Notes under the pieces: model-generated
What the model was told of the DNA's origin: nothing
Database searches by the model: none
What the model saw: the letters and a program-made list of their open reading frames with translations, nothing else
Made by a program: the position numbers and the translations under genes
Shown here: piece after piece, positions 53,787 through 62,948 of the stretch
How the letters are laid out: every line of letters starts with the position of its first letter
How positions within the stretch are numbered: the stretch's first letter is position 1
Virus record (IMG/VR): IMGVR_UViG_3300046103_002699
Span: 3,807 to 67,806 of that record
Direction: 5' to 3' (one strand)
Length of the DNA: 64,000 nucleotides
Source of the DNA: a virus
Lineage: Duplodnaviria; Caudoviricetes

Positions 53787-55899
53787 TTTATCGGAACATG
53801 CGATAACTAGAAAAAAACCGTGGGACTTACCTCCCGCATCTTTTAACTACCCTGCGAACGGGTTCAACGCACCCGCCGACTACAAGAAGTGGGCTTGCTC
53901 TAGGGGGACGAAGTATTGTGCTTTTTCTTTGGTAGAGGGCGAAATCCCCACGCAGAGGATAGGAGAGAACAACGATCCGAAGAGAATTTTTGGAATCGTA
54001 GCAGACTTCGATACCAACGCTCCGTTTAGTGATCAGGAGCTACAGGACTTTGTAGCGCGGTCACTGAACAGCGACCATCCGATGGCTTATTTCAGCAAAT
54101 CGTTTCGAGGAGGCGCTCACGCGATATGGTTCTTTGAAGAACCCATAGCGTGTTTAGGCAAAACAAGCGCTAGTCAATTTTTAAAAGAAGCCAACAAAGC
54201 ACTAGGCTTAAAACAATTGATGAGGGGTTGGGACGAAAAATGTGCCGAACAACCCGAACAGTATTATTTATACGGTCGCGATTGGCAGACAGTTAGCAGT
54301 CACACCATACCTTCCGCAGTCAGCCATGCGTGGATGCACCGCGCTACTAACAGCAACACCTTCAAGGAATATGGGACTAAAGTTCCTCTCGATATTGTGT
54401 TTACAGAGATTGAAAAAAAGTTTCCCAAGCATGGTTGGATAGGGGAGTTTGCTGAAGGCAGTAGAGGTTGTACGTTTTTTGATCCTCACGGCGGGCACCA
54501 CTCGACTAACAGTTCGATAGTGCGGGAAACGGGGATGCAAGTCTTCAACATGGAGAAAGGTTTTTATGCGTGGGCGGAGATTTTAGGGAACGGTTTTATA
54601 AAGAAATTCCAAACCACTCGAATCGGCTCTGCTGTAAGGGACATTTTCTATGACGGCAAAAACTATTTTGAGCGTCTGAGCAACGGTGATTTCTTTGTTA
54701 GAAACCGCAAAGATGTGGAGATTGTTTTGAAGACGAGGCACAAGCTTAGTTCTAAAACACCAAGAGGTGCCACTTCTTCTGAAATTGAAGACGCTTACAA
54801 TACAATTTTAAACGAGAAACTTGTGCATGGAGCACTGCCTTTTGTGTACGACAAAAGAGTCATAGTTCCTTTTCAAGGCAAGCGATATTTAAATTTATCC
54901 ACTCGTAAAGTGTGCGAGCCATCCGCCGACCCTCAAGTTTGGGGCACTAACTTTCCTTTTATGGGCGGACTTTTGCACGGCATTTTGGGAGACGAGCAGT
55001 TGCCGTATTGGTTAGCTTGGGCTTCTCGTTTTTTCAAAGCGTGCTACAAGGGCGATCCCAACCAAGGGCACGCTGTTTTTCTCATCGGCGACACGGGACT
55101 CGGTAAAACCATGATTAACGAAAATGTTTTAGATGTTTTGTTTAATGGAACAGCTTCGTGCGGTAGATTTCTAATGGGCGAGGATAATGGCTTTAACTCA
55201 CATCTTTTTGATTATGGTTTGTGGACTTGCGACGACCGCGTACCCGCCTCCGACAGAAAGAAACATCAGCACTACACCTCAACAGTCAAGAGCATCGTAG
55301 CAAATGGAGTTTTTAACATCGAAGAGAAGTACATGAAGACGGGGCAGTTGACATGGAACGGACGCTTGTCGGTAACCGCGAACCACACGACGGAAGACAT
55401 AAGAATGATACCCGAATTAAATGTGTCTATGCGTGATAAAATTTTACTGTTCAAAGCTAAAAAGCATTCGATAAAATTTGGAGATCGTAAAGCTAATCGG
55501 GAGACTTGCGAACGCGAGGCACCTTTTCTAGCGCGCTATTTGATGGATTATAAAATCCCGACCGAGCTGGTGTTCGATCAACGGTTTGGTTTTCAAAGCT
55601 ATATTCATAAAGGACTAGAAACATTTTCACTAGACAACGGGCCACATGCTTATGTGTTAGAGTTGGTAGAACTGTTCAACGATCTAATGTTTTCTAAAGA
55701 TGGCGTGCCAACATGGGAAGGCACTTCTACGGAACTTCTCAAAGAGTTAGGAACGCTAGATGGAAGTAACTCGTTTCTTAAAGGAGTCGATGCGGTTCGC
55801 ATCGGACTTTCTTTGACGCACTACAATAACAAGAATGTAGATTGGCTTGATAAAAAATCACGTAGATGGGTGCTTACAAATCCTTTTCTAACCGTGTAA
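53761..55899 (+). CDS. Primase-helicase (AEP-like N-terminus, SF3/DUF5906-like helicase)
   Basis: VADFD..SFRGGAHAIW primase motifs; IGDTGLGKT Walker A, TCDD Walker B, VTAN motif C. Confidence 0.8.
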   Translation: MREAYCLDNLSEHAITRKKPWDLPPASFNYPANGFNAPADYKKWACSRGTKYCAFSLVEGEIPTQRIGENNDPKRIFGIVADFDTNAPFSDQELQDFVARSLNSDHPMAYFSKSFRGGAHAIWFFEEPIACLGKTSASQFLKEANKALGLKQLMRGWDEKCAEQPEQYYLYGRDWQTVSSHTIPSAVSHAWMHRATNSNTFKEYGTKVPLDIVFTEIEKKFPKHGWIGEFAEGSRGCTFFDPHGGHHSTNSSIVRETGMQVFNMEKGFYAWAEILGNGFIKKFQTTRIGSAVRDIFYDGKNYFERLSNGDFFVRNRKDVEIVLKTRHKLSSKTPRGATSSEIEDAYNTILNEKLVHGALPFVYDKRVIVPFQGKRYLNLSTRKVCEPSADPQVWGTNFPFMGGLLHGILGDEQLPYWLAWASRFFKACYKGDPNQGHAVFLIGDTGLGKTMINENVLDVLFNGTASCGRFLMGEDNGFNSHLFDYGLWTCDDRVPASDRKKHQHYTSTVKSIVANGVFNIEEKYMKTGQLTWNGRLSVTANHTTEDIRMIPELNVSMRDKILLFKAKKHSIKFGDRKANRETCEREAPFLARYLMDYKIPTELVFDQRFGFQSYIHKGLETFSLDNGPHAYVLELVELFNDLMFSKDGVPTWEGTSTELLKELGTLDGSNSFLKGVDAVRIGLSLTHYNNKNVDWLDKKSRRWVLTNPFLTV

Positions 55900-56203
55900 A
55901 AGGTCGTCCCGCTTTTCCCTTACTGTTAAATAAGTTTAGCTTTCGCAAACGTTTTCGCACCGACTCGACACTAACGCCAATAAGTTTAGCGATCACTTCG
56001 GGTTTACGTTTCTTTATTAAGTACTGCGACACAATCCACTTTTCGTTACGACTAAGCCTAGTAGAAATTTGTTTTTGATTAGGCCCGTACCAATAATTTG
56101 GAAACGTTTTAGTGACTTCAGATACATTCGTTGGCTGTGGCGTACCCAATAAAGCGCGAACGCGACCCGCAGATAATCCGATTCTACTTAGAACTTTCGA
56201 CAT
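55874..56203 (-). CDS. HTH-containing protein next to attP
   Basis: KPEVIAKLIGVSVESVRKRLRKLNL. Confidence 0.55.
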   Translation of the reverse strand: MSKVLSRIGLSAGRVRALLGTPQPTNVSEVTKTFPNYWYGPNQKQISTRLSRNEKWIVSQYLIKKRKPEVIAKLIGVSVESVRKRLRKLNLFNSKGKAGRPFTRLEKDL

Positions 56204-56430
56204 TTTTCAATAATAGGGGGCACAAATGTGTCCGCTGAGATTTTAGGTTTTCGTTTAAGATCGAATTTTAGCGTGATATTGAGATCGCTAATAAGACCGT
56301 TTTCTAACGCTTTTTCCCTCACTTTCGGCAACATGTTTGAAACTGCGATGTTGCATAGTTCTTGGCAGTCTGCCAAGAGTTGTTCTTCTGAGTCTAATTG
56401 GTTTTCTAGCCATTCTTTTTCGTTTCCCAT
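56188..56430 (-). CDS. Hypothetical protein next to attP
   Basis: 80-aa ORF overlapping the start of 55874..56203. Confidence 0.55.
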   Translation of the reverse strand: MGNEKEWLENQLDSEEQLLADCQELCNIAVSNMLPKVREKALENGLISDLNITLKFDLKRKPKISADTFVPPIIEKCRKF

Positions 56431-56483
56431 GATGTCATCATTATGTTATCGGTTGAGAATGACATAACTTGAAACCCTTATTA

Positions 56484-56524
56484 GGAGAGGTGGCAGAGTG
56501 GTCGAATGTGCCCGACTCGAAATC
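56484..56524 (+). other. attP core: 5' half of tRNA-Ser(CGA)
   Basis: GGAGAGG TG GCAGAGTGGTCGAATGTG CCCGA CTCGAAA TC: acceptor 5' strand, D arm and anticodon loop, then similarity stops; 120 nt upstream of the integrase; flanked by TATGTTAT repeats (56442, 56588, 56593). Confidence 0.8.
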
Positions 56525-56550
56525 TGTAGTACATTAGCCACCATATGGCC

Positions 56551-56579
56551 TTGACTATAGTACACACCTGTGTTACAAG
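56551..56579 (+). promoter_or_regulatory. Putative integrase promoter
   Basis: TTGACT-N17-TACAAG with TG extension; overlaps a TATA-G-TACA operator variant. Confidence 0.45.
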
Positions 56580-56644
56580 TTATATCATATGTTATGTTAT
56601 GCATGTAGGCTCACCGTTCTGTTCACTCCAAACCCGTTACAATA

Positions 56645-57823
56645 ATGTCATCAGTTAAAAGACAATTCGTACAACGTACTTTACGCACCAAAAAAGGTAC
56701 ACTAATAAGCAAGACCCCCACAGGGTATAGATATAGAACCACAGTGGATAAACGGCAACACTATTTTCCACTCGGTGTAGATGCTACGCGAGCCATGAAG
56801 CGCGCAGATGATATACGAGACCATTTAAAAGTATATACTCTTGAAGATGTTCGTGAAAAGTTTCACCCCAAGTATTCCGCGAGCAACGGTACAAAAAAAT
56901 CTACATCGGTTAAGAACCTTTTAAAGGTTCACGAAGCAGTGTCGTCTTCTTTGGGGATTAAACCGCGAACCGCGAAGGATTATCGTAGAGGATTGGTTCG
57001 CATGATAATGCTCGCGTTTGGTGTAACAAGGCAACAGGCTCTGAATGAACGGATCGCGGTTGTTAACGAAAGCTTAGTTTGGAAAGCTAAACGGAATTAT
57101 TTAAATGGTAATGACTGCCTAGCTAGTAAAAGAACTTTTAACAGCACGCTACGCGCTACAAAGTCAATGTTCACAAAGGAAGCCATCGCAGCGTACAAAG
57201 GCTACGAGCCAACTTGGGATTTTTCGGATGTAAGAAAAGCAATACAAGAAGCAGATCAGTTTAAGAGAGTTAAGGTGAAGTGGCAGTGCCCGCCCGAAGC
57301 TCTTATTAAAAAAATACAATGGAACATAGAGAATGTAGCGGGCGGTGAGATTTACTCTATACTAGCTATGGCTTTCTACAGTGGGTTACGTTGTTCAGAG
57401 ATAGCGGCTCTTACTACTTTTTGGGTCAACGACACATCGCCCTCAAGCCCCGATGATGTGAAAATCGAAGTTCTCAACGCACACGGCTTTGTCGCGAAGG
57501 GTAGACAGGGCTACACTATAATGAAAAGGACGCAGTGGCAGAGAGTTGTAGCCCGCAAAACTGCATTTGGTTCTTGTGTCGTTCGGTATAAAAGCACTAG
57601 AACAATAAGTACAAAGGCTGGCGAGTTTTTGAGAGATGTGTGCGGTCTGCGAGTGCAGAAACCTTTACATGAACTTAGGAAGTTATGCGGAGCTTTTTTC
57701 GCCACCAAATATGGTTTATACGAAGCACAAAACTATTTACGACATGAAGACCCAAAGACAACCTACGATTACTACGCGGGTAGTATTCTGTCAGGTGATT
57801 GCCTAGCCCTGTGGGATAATTAA
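56645..57823 (+). CDS. int: Tyrosine recombinase (integrase)
   Basis: SGLRCSE (R), HELR (H-x-x-R), LRHED (H), TYDYY (Y); adjacent tRNA fragment. Confidence 0.9.
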   Translation: MSSVKRQFVQRTLRTKKGTLISKTPTGYRYRTTVDKRQHYFPLGVDATRAMKRADDIRDHLKVYTLEDVREKFHPKYSASNGTKKSTSVKNLLKVHEAVSSSLGIKPRTAKDYRRGLVRMIMLAFGVTRQQALNERIAVVNESLVWKAKRNYLNGNDCLASKRTFNSTLRATKSMFTKEAIAAYKGYEPTWDFSDVRKAIQEADQFKRVKVKWQCPPEALIKKIQWNIENVAGGEIYSILAMAFYSGLRCSEIAALTTFWVNDTSPSSPDDVKIEVLNAHGFVAKGRQGYTIMKRTQWQRVVARKTAFGSCVVRYKSTRTISTKAGEFLRDVCGLRVQKPLHELRKLCGAFFATKYGLYEAQNYLRHEDPKTTYDYYAGSILSGDCLALWDN

Positions 57824-57847
57824 CTATATAAACAAGGAGGAAATGAC

Positions 57848-58165
57848 ATGAAAACCACAACAACATTAAAACAAATCACCCACACAGGTGGATTCACAGG
57901 AGATTGGGAAATAATTAATTTAGCCAAAGAGGAGGGTCTCGTGATTGCCACCCCACTTAGCAAAGACATAGCCGTGACGCGGTATGCGTACAAATCTATC
58001 TTGTACCTAGAGCAACTAGGTTTTGAGGTGGTTGATGAAGGTGGTGAGGTTTTACTTCCATACTATAGAGGGTGGTTAAATATAGAGAAAACTCTGCCTA
58101 ATCTCAGTAGTAGTTCTCCTGTAAAACTATCGCCCACTAAAGGCAATCCTGTACGTTGGTTTTGA
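57848..58165 (+). CDS. Hypothetical protein
   Basis: SD AAGGAGG upstream. Confidence 0.7.
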   Translation: MKTTTTLKQITHTGGFTGDWEIINLAKEEGLVIATPLSKDIAVTRYAYKSILYLEQLGFEVVDEGGEVLLPYYRGWLNIEKTLPNLSSSSPVKLSPTKGNPVRWF

Positions 58166-58168
58166 CTC

Positions 58169-58399
58169 ATGGAACCAACACTAGAAACAATAGCCGACAA
58201 AGAACCCACGCTCGAAGACTTACAAGAAAAAGTCGGCGGTCTGATCGAGGTCGTTCGCCTTATGGATGGGAGTCAACTCATAGTAAACGAAGAAGGCACC
58301 ATTCATGATCTTCCTCACAACTCCAAAGCGAGTGCCGTTGCGCAACAACCCATTGTGGGTAACGCTGTAGTGCTACGCGGAGACGCTAGGTTAACTTAG
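58169..58399 (+). CDS. DUF3846-like protein
   Basis: PTLEDLQEKVGGLIEVV..LIVNEEG..LPHN..IVGNAVV. Confidence 0.75.
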   Translation: MEPTLETIADKEPTLEDLQEKVGGLIEVVRLMDGSQLIVNEEGTIHDLPHNSKASAVAQQPIVGNAVVLRGDARLT

Positions 58400-58411
58400 G
58401 AGACAAACCAA

Positions 58412-58756
58412 ATGATCATATACAAAGTACACGAAGACGACGACGGGATGGGGAGTCCCTTCGTCGGATATTATTCGACCAAGCTCGAAGCGACCCGAAC
58501 ATTGAGAGAAGCGATCAAGGATCGTTTCGAGAGAGAGCAATCCGAACTTGAAGATCGACTCGACAGGACGGAGGATTATGACGCGGACGATCACATCGTC
58601 GAGGGTATCGGGTCGCAGATCGGGGGACGACCTCGCAAGATTCAAGAAGGAGAAATCCGCAAGCTTGAGATCAAGGGAAAGGTCGCGACCGTCGAAGCTT
58701 TAAACGATGCGGTCGAAGAAGGAGTACAAGCGTCGGGGGGGGATGACCGATCATAA
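58412..58756 (+). CDS. Acidic hypothetical protein with atypical DNA composition
   Basis: SD AGGAG; 8 GATC and 8 TCGA sites in 345 bp. Confidence 0.7.
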   Translation: MIIYKVHEDDDGMGSPFVGYYSTKLEATRTLREAIKDRFEREQSELEDRLDRTEDYDADDHIVEGIGSQIGGRPRKIQEGEIRKLEIKGKVATVEALNDAVEEGVQASGGDDRS

Positions 58757-58768
58757 AGAAAGGAAAGC

Positions 58769-60598
58769 CTAGAGAGTGTTCTGTAGAAGGTAACCAACTT
58801 CAAAGTCTTTCAGAAACCAAGAAGCATTGGTTGGCGCTATTACGTATAAACGCACTTTGAGCTGTTTTCCTCTCATGTTGAGAAAAACTTTTATTTCATC
58901 GTCCATGATTTCGCCTACCCATTTCCCACTCTCAAGACCGTCTTCAGTTTGAGCGTAGACACCTAGAAATCCAATCGAACCTGTTTTGAATTTCAAAAAC
59001 ACTTCCATGAAATTTTTCATAGATTCGGGGGCGCCCATGTCTTCGTAAGAAGTTTCGATCACGCTTACTGTTGACTGAGAAAACTTTTGGTAGTCTCCGA
59101 TAGAAGCGGGTAAAGCTCCTTCTACGGGTTTGCTAAACGCTCCCGCATAGTTCATAGCGTCTACACCACCCTCACCTTCATAGAACAGGTCTAACTGTTC
59201 AGCCGAGTTGCCTCCTATTTGCACATACCCCTGTCTTGTCTGTATAGGTAGGTTGCCATTAGAAGCTAGAACTTTTGTCGATGACGGTGTGTTAGAATAC
59301 TTTAAATAAACATTAGGTTTAACATTTGCGGGCGGGGCGGGGTATGGATCGTTAAAACTTGAAGTCTCTCTCAAATCCGTAAAATCTGTCATCCAGAAAT
59401 TTTGGTCTTGGTCGATTCCTAATAGCGCACTAGTTCCATCGATTCTAGTGACGGCTTGAAAGCGAGGGTATAGATTCGGCCCACTAAGAGCAAATGTTTC
59501 TCCGTTATATAAAAACATCGGATAGCCTTTACTCACACCTGTGGAAAGGTGGGGCACGCAGACGCTTAAAAATTCTGCACTAGGTTCGTATGCCGTAAAG
59601 GAACCTGTTAAGTTAACAGCTACATGACGATTCCAAGCGTTAACTGCTTTCCATGAAATGATTTCTTTTATTCGACCTTCTGTCGTGTGATCTTGTCCCG
59701 CACGCGCGGCTTCGTCTTTGTAAATCTGCCCGTCAGTTCCCAAATAGTAAGGACGCACTCCCATGTTCGCACTCGCGCTATTAGGATTAAGAGCACCACT
59801 AACCGTCGGTGAAGCTGTTTGACGAACGCGGTATCCCGTACCCGCCTGTTGTTTTTCTGTTCTGTACAGTAAAGCTACTCCCACATCAGTGTGAACTACT
59901 ACATAATTTCTAAAAGTTGATAGTGCCGTGATCCGCGAAGCTTCTGACATGATTATATTTACAGTAGACATGACTCCACTGTAGATGCCTTGCAGAGCGT
60001 CTTCTACGTCGGGGTTCGCGATTGTGGCGGGCTCTGAAACATAAACTGCCATCGGGTCAGCGGAATTGCCCGTTGCGTAAATTGCTTTATCGGGCCCGAC
60101 AACAAAAGAAGTACATGAAGGAAAAATCTCCGCTGCCTGCGCGTAAAGTTTATCAGGTTGTTGTTGTAGCGCGTTGAAAGCGTAATTAGTAGCCTGTCCC
60201 CATCGAAGGTTAGCGTTAACTCCGTCTCCTACAAAAAGCTCACTGCCTACTCTGTTGATAAACGCACCTGTTAGGGTGTTATCAGTTGCGGTTACCGTTG
60301 AAGCATTCGCGGGTAGTTTATCAACACTAGTTGAATTTGAAACCCACGCTAAACCATGTACATCACTACCGTTCTTAGTTACGACTACTTTATGCCCGTT
60401 ACCGTCTAAACAATACGCTAGACTTTCTATCGGCAGTGTAAGGTTTTCATACACTCGCTTCCACATAGGAGCACTTCGCAAACTGCCTTTAGGGTAGGGC
60501 ACTGCGTTTTCGCAAATAGTTAGAGACCCTCGATCTTGGTCGGTCTCTTCGGCTTGGTTTTGTATCCCGCTAAAATTTTTAACTCTAAAGTATCTCAT
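58769..60598 (-). CDS. Putative tail nozzle / tubular B-like beta-propeller protein
   Basis: 609 aa; starts YFRVKNFSGIQ..CENAVP..GSLRSAP as in podovirus nozzle proteins; beta-rich; last gene of the late operon. Confidence 0.55.
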   Translation of the reverse strand: MRYFRVKNFSGIQNQAEETDQDRGSLTICENAVPYPKGSLRSAPMWKRVYENLTLPIESLAYCLDGNGHKVVVTKNGSDVHGLAWVSNSTSVDKLPANASTVTATDNTLTGAFINRVGSELFVGDGVNANLRWGQATNYAFNALQQQPDKLYAQAAEIFPSCTSFVVGPDKAIYATGNSADPMAVYVSEPATIANPDVEDALQGIYSGVMSTVNIIMSEASRITALSTFRNYVVVHTDVGVALLYRTEKQQAGTGYRVRQTASPTVSGALNPNSASANMGVRPYYLGTDGQIYKDEAARAGQDHTTEGRIKEIISWKAVNAWNRHVAVNLTGSFTAYEPSAEFLSVCVPHLSTGVSKGYPMFLYNGETFALSGPNLYPRFQAVTRIDGTSALLGIDQDQNFWMTDFTDLRETSSFNDPYPAPPANVKPNVYLKYSNTPSSTKVLASNGNLPIQTRQGYVQIGGNSAEQLDLFYEGEGGVDAMNYAGAFSKPVEGALPASIGDYQKFSQSTVSVIETSYEDMGAPESMKNFMEVFLKFKTGSIGFLGVYAQTEDGLESGKWVGEIMDDEIKVFLNMRGKQLKVRLYVIAPTNASWFLKDFEVGYLLQNTL

Positions 60599-61194
60599 TT
60601 GTTTTGGTATTTGTAGCTAAAGTGCTCAATATCTTTTGCGTACCTAGTCTCGACCGTTTGTTTACTTTTTTCAGCGTAATAGCGCGAGTAATGCGCATGT
60701 TTAGTTTGATTCCAACGATGACGTTGCACAAAGGTCGTGTTTAAGGATTCACAAACATGGGCGATGTCTTCCTCTATGTTTTCCACTTTTCCAACAAAAT
60801 CTAACTCAATACGCCCGTCACAAGACAACCAATCATAACAGCTACCATGATCGCTCCACAAATTGGCAAAACGCTTATCGCCTAAGTTTTGACTGATCTT
60901 AGCAGTGCTGTTTAGTTTGGCGTTATTTACAAACTTTTCAAAACTTATGTCTATGTCTTGCCTGTTTTTCCAAAAATACCATGAAACTTCTAAAGCCCAC
61001 GGGTTTCGGACAAACCCAAATTTAAAATATTCGTCCCACACATCGCTGTAGCGCGCTTTGGCTTCTTCCGCCGACAAGTGTTTTTGAGCTTTGTCTACAC
61101 GCCACCAATCACGACCGTCTAAAACTTTTTCTACATAAGTTCCCGCACATCTAGGGATGTGTATAAAAATGCACTTTAATTCGTGATTAATCAT
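60595..61194 (-). CDS. Sulfotransferase (Sulfotransfer_2-like)
   Basis: IFIHIPRCAGT 5'-PSB loop, FGFVRNPW..VSWY 3'-PB motif, DFVGKVENIEED. Confidence 0.85.
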   Translation of the reverse strand: MINHELKCIFIHIPRCAGTYVEKVLDGRDWWRVDKAQKHLSAEEAKARYSDVWDEYFKFGFVRNPWALEVSWYFWKNRQDIDISFEKFVNNAKLNSTAKISQNLGDKRFANLWSDHGSCYDWLSCDGRIELDFVGKVENIEEDIAHVCESLNTTFVQRHRWNQTKHAHYSRYYAEKSKQTVETRYAKDIEHFSYKYQNK

Positions 61195-61991
61195 TTAGAC
61201 ATTAATTCCAAAGCGAGCACTTCGTTACCGCCTTTTTTGACTAAGTTATGCCCTAAGTATTCCTGTAACATAATCCGTATTTTTAACGAACCACTCCATC
61301 CGCAAAAGTGTAGCAGTTTAGCGTCCCAATAACTACTGACTTTTTTACATTGAAATGGAAATTTTACATAGTATGGGGGTAGTGCTTTGCTGCTGAAAAC
61401 ATCTGAGTGGATCATTTTGTTAAACGGGCTTTGGTCTTGTAGCTTGCTGTTTCTGTACCACTCGTTTTCGAGCGTGTTTCTCCAAGTCGCCCACACCTCA
61501 TTCGCCTTGTGATTACGCACCACAAACTGACCGCTATTTATACCGTGACGGCGTTTTTGCAGTAGCTTTTTCATTTGTTGAGGTGTCCAACAGGAGTTAA
61601 ACGCTCGCCTTGAAGCATTTCCACGTTCGTAAGCATAACTTATATCTGCATCGCAGTCGTTAAAGAAGTGCGCGGGGCTACTGAGAAATAAAACATCAGT
61701 GTCACAAAACATTACTCTTTCCCACTTAGAAAAATCTACATACTTATCTAAGTGCATTTTAATGCCTTGGATACGGTGGCGATCTCTACCTAATTCAGGG
61801 TTGTAGTGTATCTCTAAATCGTTTGCTCGCTCCTCTGTGTGGTCAAAAAAAGTTTCAGCTTGGTTGTGAACCACTAAAAAATCGCCTTTATAACCGCTAC
61901 GCCTCACGGACGAGTGCAGAAGTTTAGCCTGCAAGCGGTGTCCTAACTTTGGCGGTTGGTCGCACGCAAAGGTAAGTATTAAGTCTTTCAC
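61191..61991 (-). CDS. GT-A fold glycosyltransferase (GT8/GT77-like)
   Basis: FCDTDVLF DxD motif, INSGQF, DQSPFN, LHFCG. Confidence 0.8.
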   Translation of the reverse strand: MKDLILTFACDQPPKLGHRLQAKLLHSSVRRSGYKGDFLVVHNQAETFFDHTEERANDLEIHYNPELGRDRHRIQGIKMHLDKYVDFSKWERVMFCDTDVLFLSSPAHFFNDCDADISYAYERGNASRRAFNSCWTPQQMKKLLQKRRHGINSGQFVVRNHKANEVWATWRNTLENEWYRNSKLQDQSPFNKMIHSDVFSSKALPPYYVKFPFQCKKVSSYWDAKLLHFCGWSGSLKIRIMLQEYLGHNLVKKGGNEVLALELMSK

Positions 61992-62719
61992 TTTTCGTAC
62001 TTACTCTTTTTAGGAAACATTTTTTCAACAGCTTCTTTCATTTCGGGCGAAAAACTGTTGTCGTTAAAATTTAAATACCGACACTCTTGTATTTTTTTAA
62101 TCATGGTTTCCGTGTTGGGAAATTTCCCGTAAAAACCCGCTCGAATTTTACCCTCGTTAATATGAGCTATTTCAGAAGTGTCTACAGTGTTGAAGTACAA
62201 CGAAAACACGCAGTAACCAATATCGTAGCCGTAATCAAAGTTTAGATATGTGTGGAGTTTGGACTTTTCCAAAACGTAAGGGATGTGCCCTTCGTAGTCT
62301 CTTTGAGGGTACCCGTTTTTTGCTAAAATGTCTTTTGTCCTCCACAGTCGCTGTGCCCATTTGTTGTTAGCAAAGTCACTTTTTTTCATTTCCGACATGT
62401 CTTTATTAAAGTAAGGCTTTATGTCATTGTCCCACGAAGGCTGTAGGAAGTAGTGATCATCGCTCATCATAATAAATTTTTCAGACAAAGAACTCTCGTA
62501 TCCAAGCCTTACAATCTTAGATATAAGATTTGCGTCTTTATTTTTAAGGTATGGATCGCCTTGGGCTACGTGTGTAATGGCTTTAGCCCATTTTGGCAGA
62601 TGTCCAATTATCCAAACTCGTTCTAAATTTTTGTAGTTCTTTTCTAAAGAACGTAGACTGTAGCGCAGCTCCCAATCGTCTAATTTAGACTCAGAGCCGT
62701 TCATGTAAACTGCGTCCAC
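61988..62719 (-). CDS. Stealth-family hexose-1-phosphate transferase-like protein
   Basis: CR2-like ELRYSLRSL..VWIIG..PKW and LSEKFIMMSDD; CR4-like YLNFND..EKMFPKKSKYE. Confidence 0.75.
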   Translation of the reverse strand: MDAVYMNGSESKLDDWELRYSLRSLEKNYKNLERVWIIGHLPKWAKAITHVAQGDPYLKNKDANLISKIVRLGYESSLSEKFIMMSDDHYFLQPSWDNDIKPYFNKDMSEMKKSDFANNKWAQRLWRTKDILAKNGYPQRDYEGHIPYVLEKSKLHTYLNFDYGYDIGYCVFSLYFNTVDTSEIAHINEGKIRAGFYGKFPNTETMIKKIQECRYLNFNDNSFSPEMKEAVEKMFPKKSKYEK

Positions 62720-62720
62720 T

Positions 62721-62945
62721 CTAAAGACCTCCCGTATTTCGCAAAGCTGCTAACATTTCGTCGTGCTTTTTCTTATTATCCGCAACCAACTCTTCGTGAG
62801 TTTTTTTATGTTCGTCACTTTTGTACGGAAACAAAGCATTTAGCTTTTGCTGACGCTTTTTACACGAACCGCACTGCTTAATCCCCAAAGCGTTTGTAAC
62901 TTTTTTAACAGTATCACCTAGACCTTTGCTTTTTTCTTCGCTCAT
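62721..62945 (-). CDS. Small CxxC protein of a recurrent aquatic-phage family
   Basis: SKGLGDTVKKVTNALGIKQCGSCKKRQQKLNALFPY. Confidence 0.7.
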   Translation of the reverse strand: MSEEKSKGLGDTVKKVTNALGIKQCGSCKKRQQKLNALFPYKSDEHKKTHEELVADNKKKHDEMLAALRNTGGL

Positions 62946-62948
62946 AAA

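Noticed and set aside
56484-56575. Complete tRNA-Ser gene
   Set aside because: The anticodon stem fails after 2 bp (TCTGT instead of TCGGG) and no variable arm, T arm or acceptor 3' strand follows.
755-62945. Stop-codon reassignment or alternative genetic code
   Set aside because: Long genes are intact under the standard code and TAA, TAG and TGA all serve as real stops.
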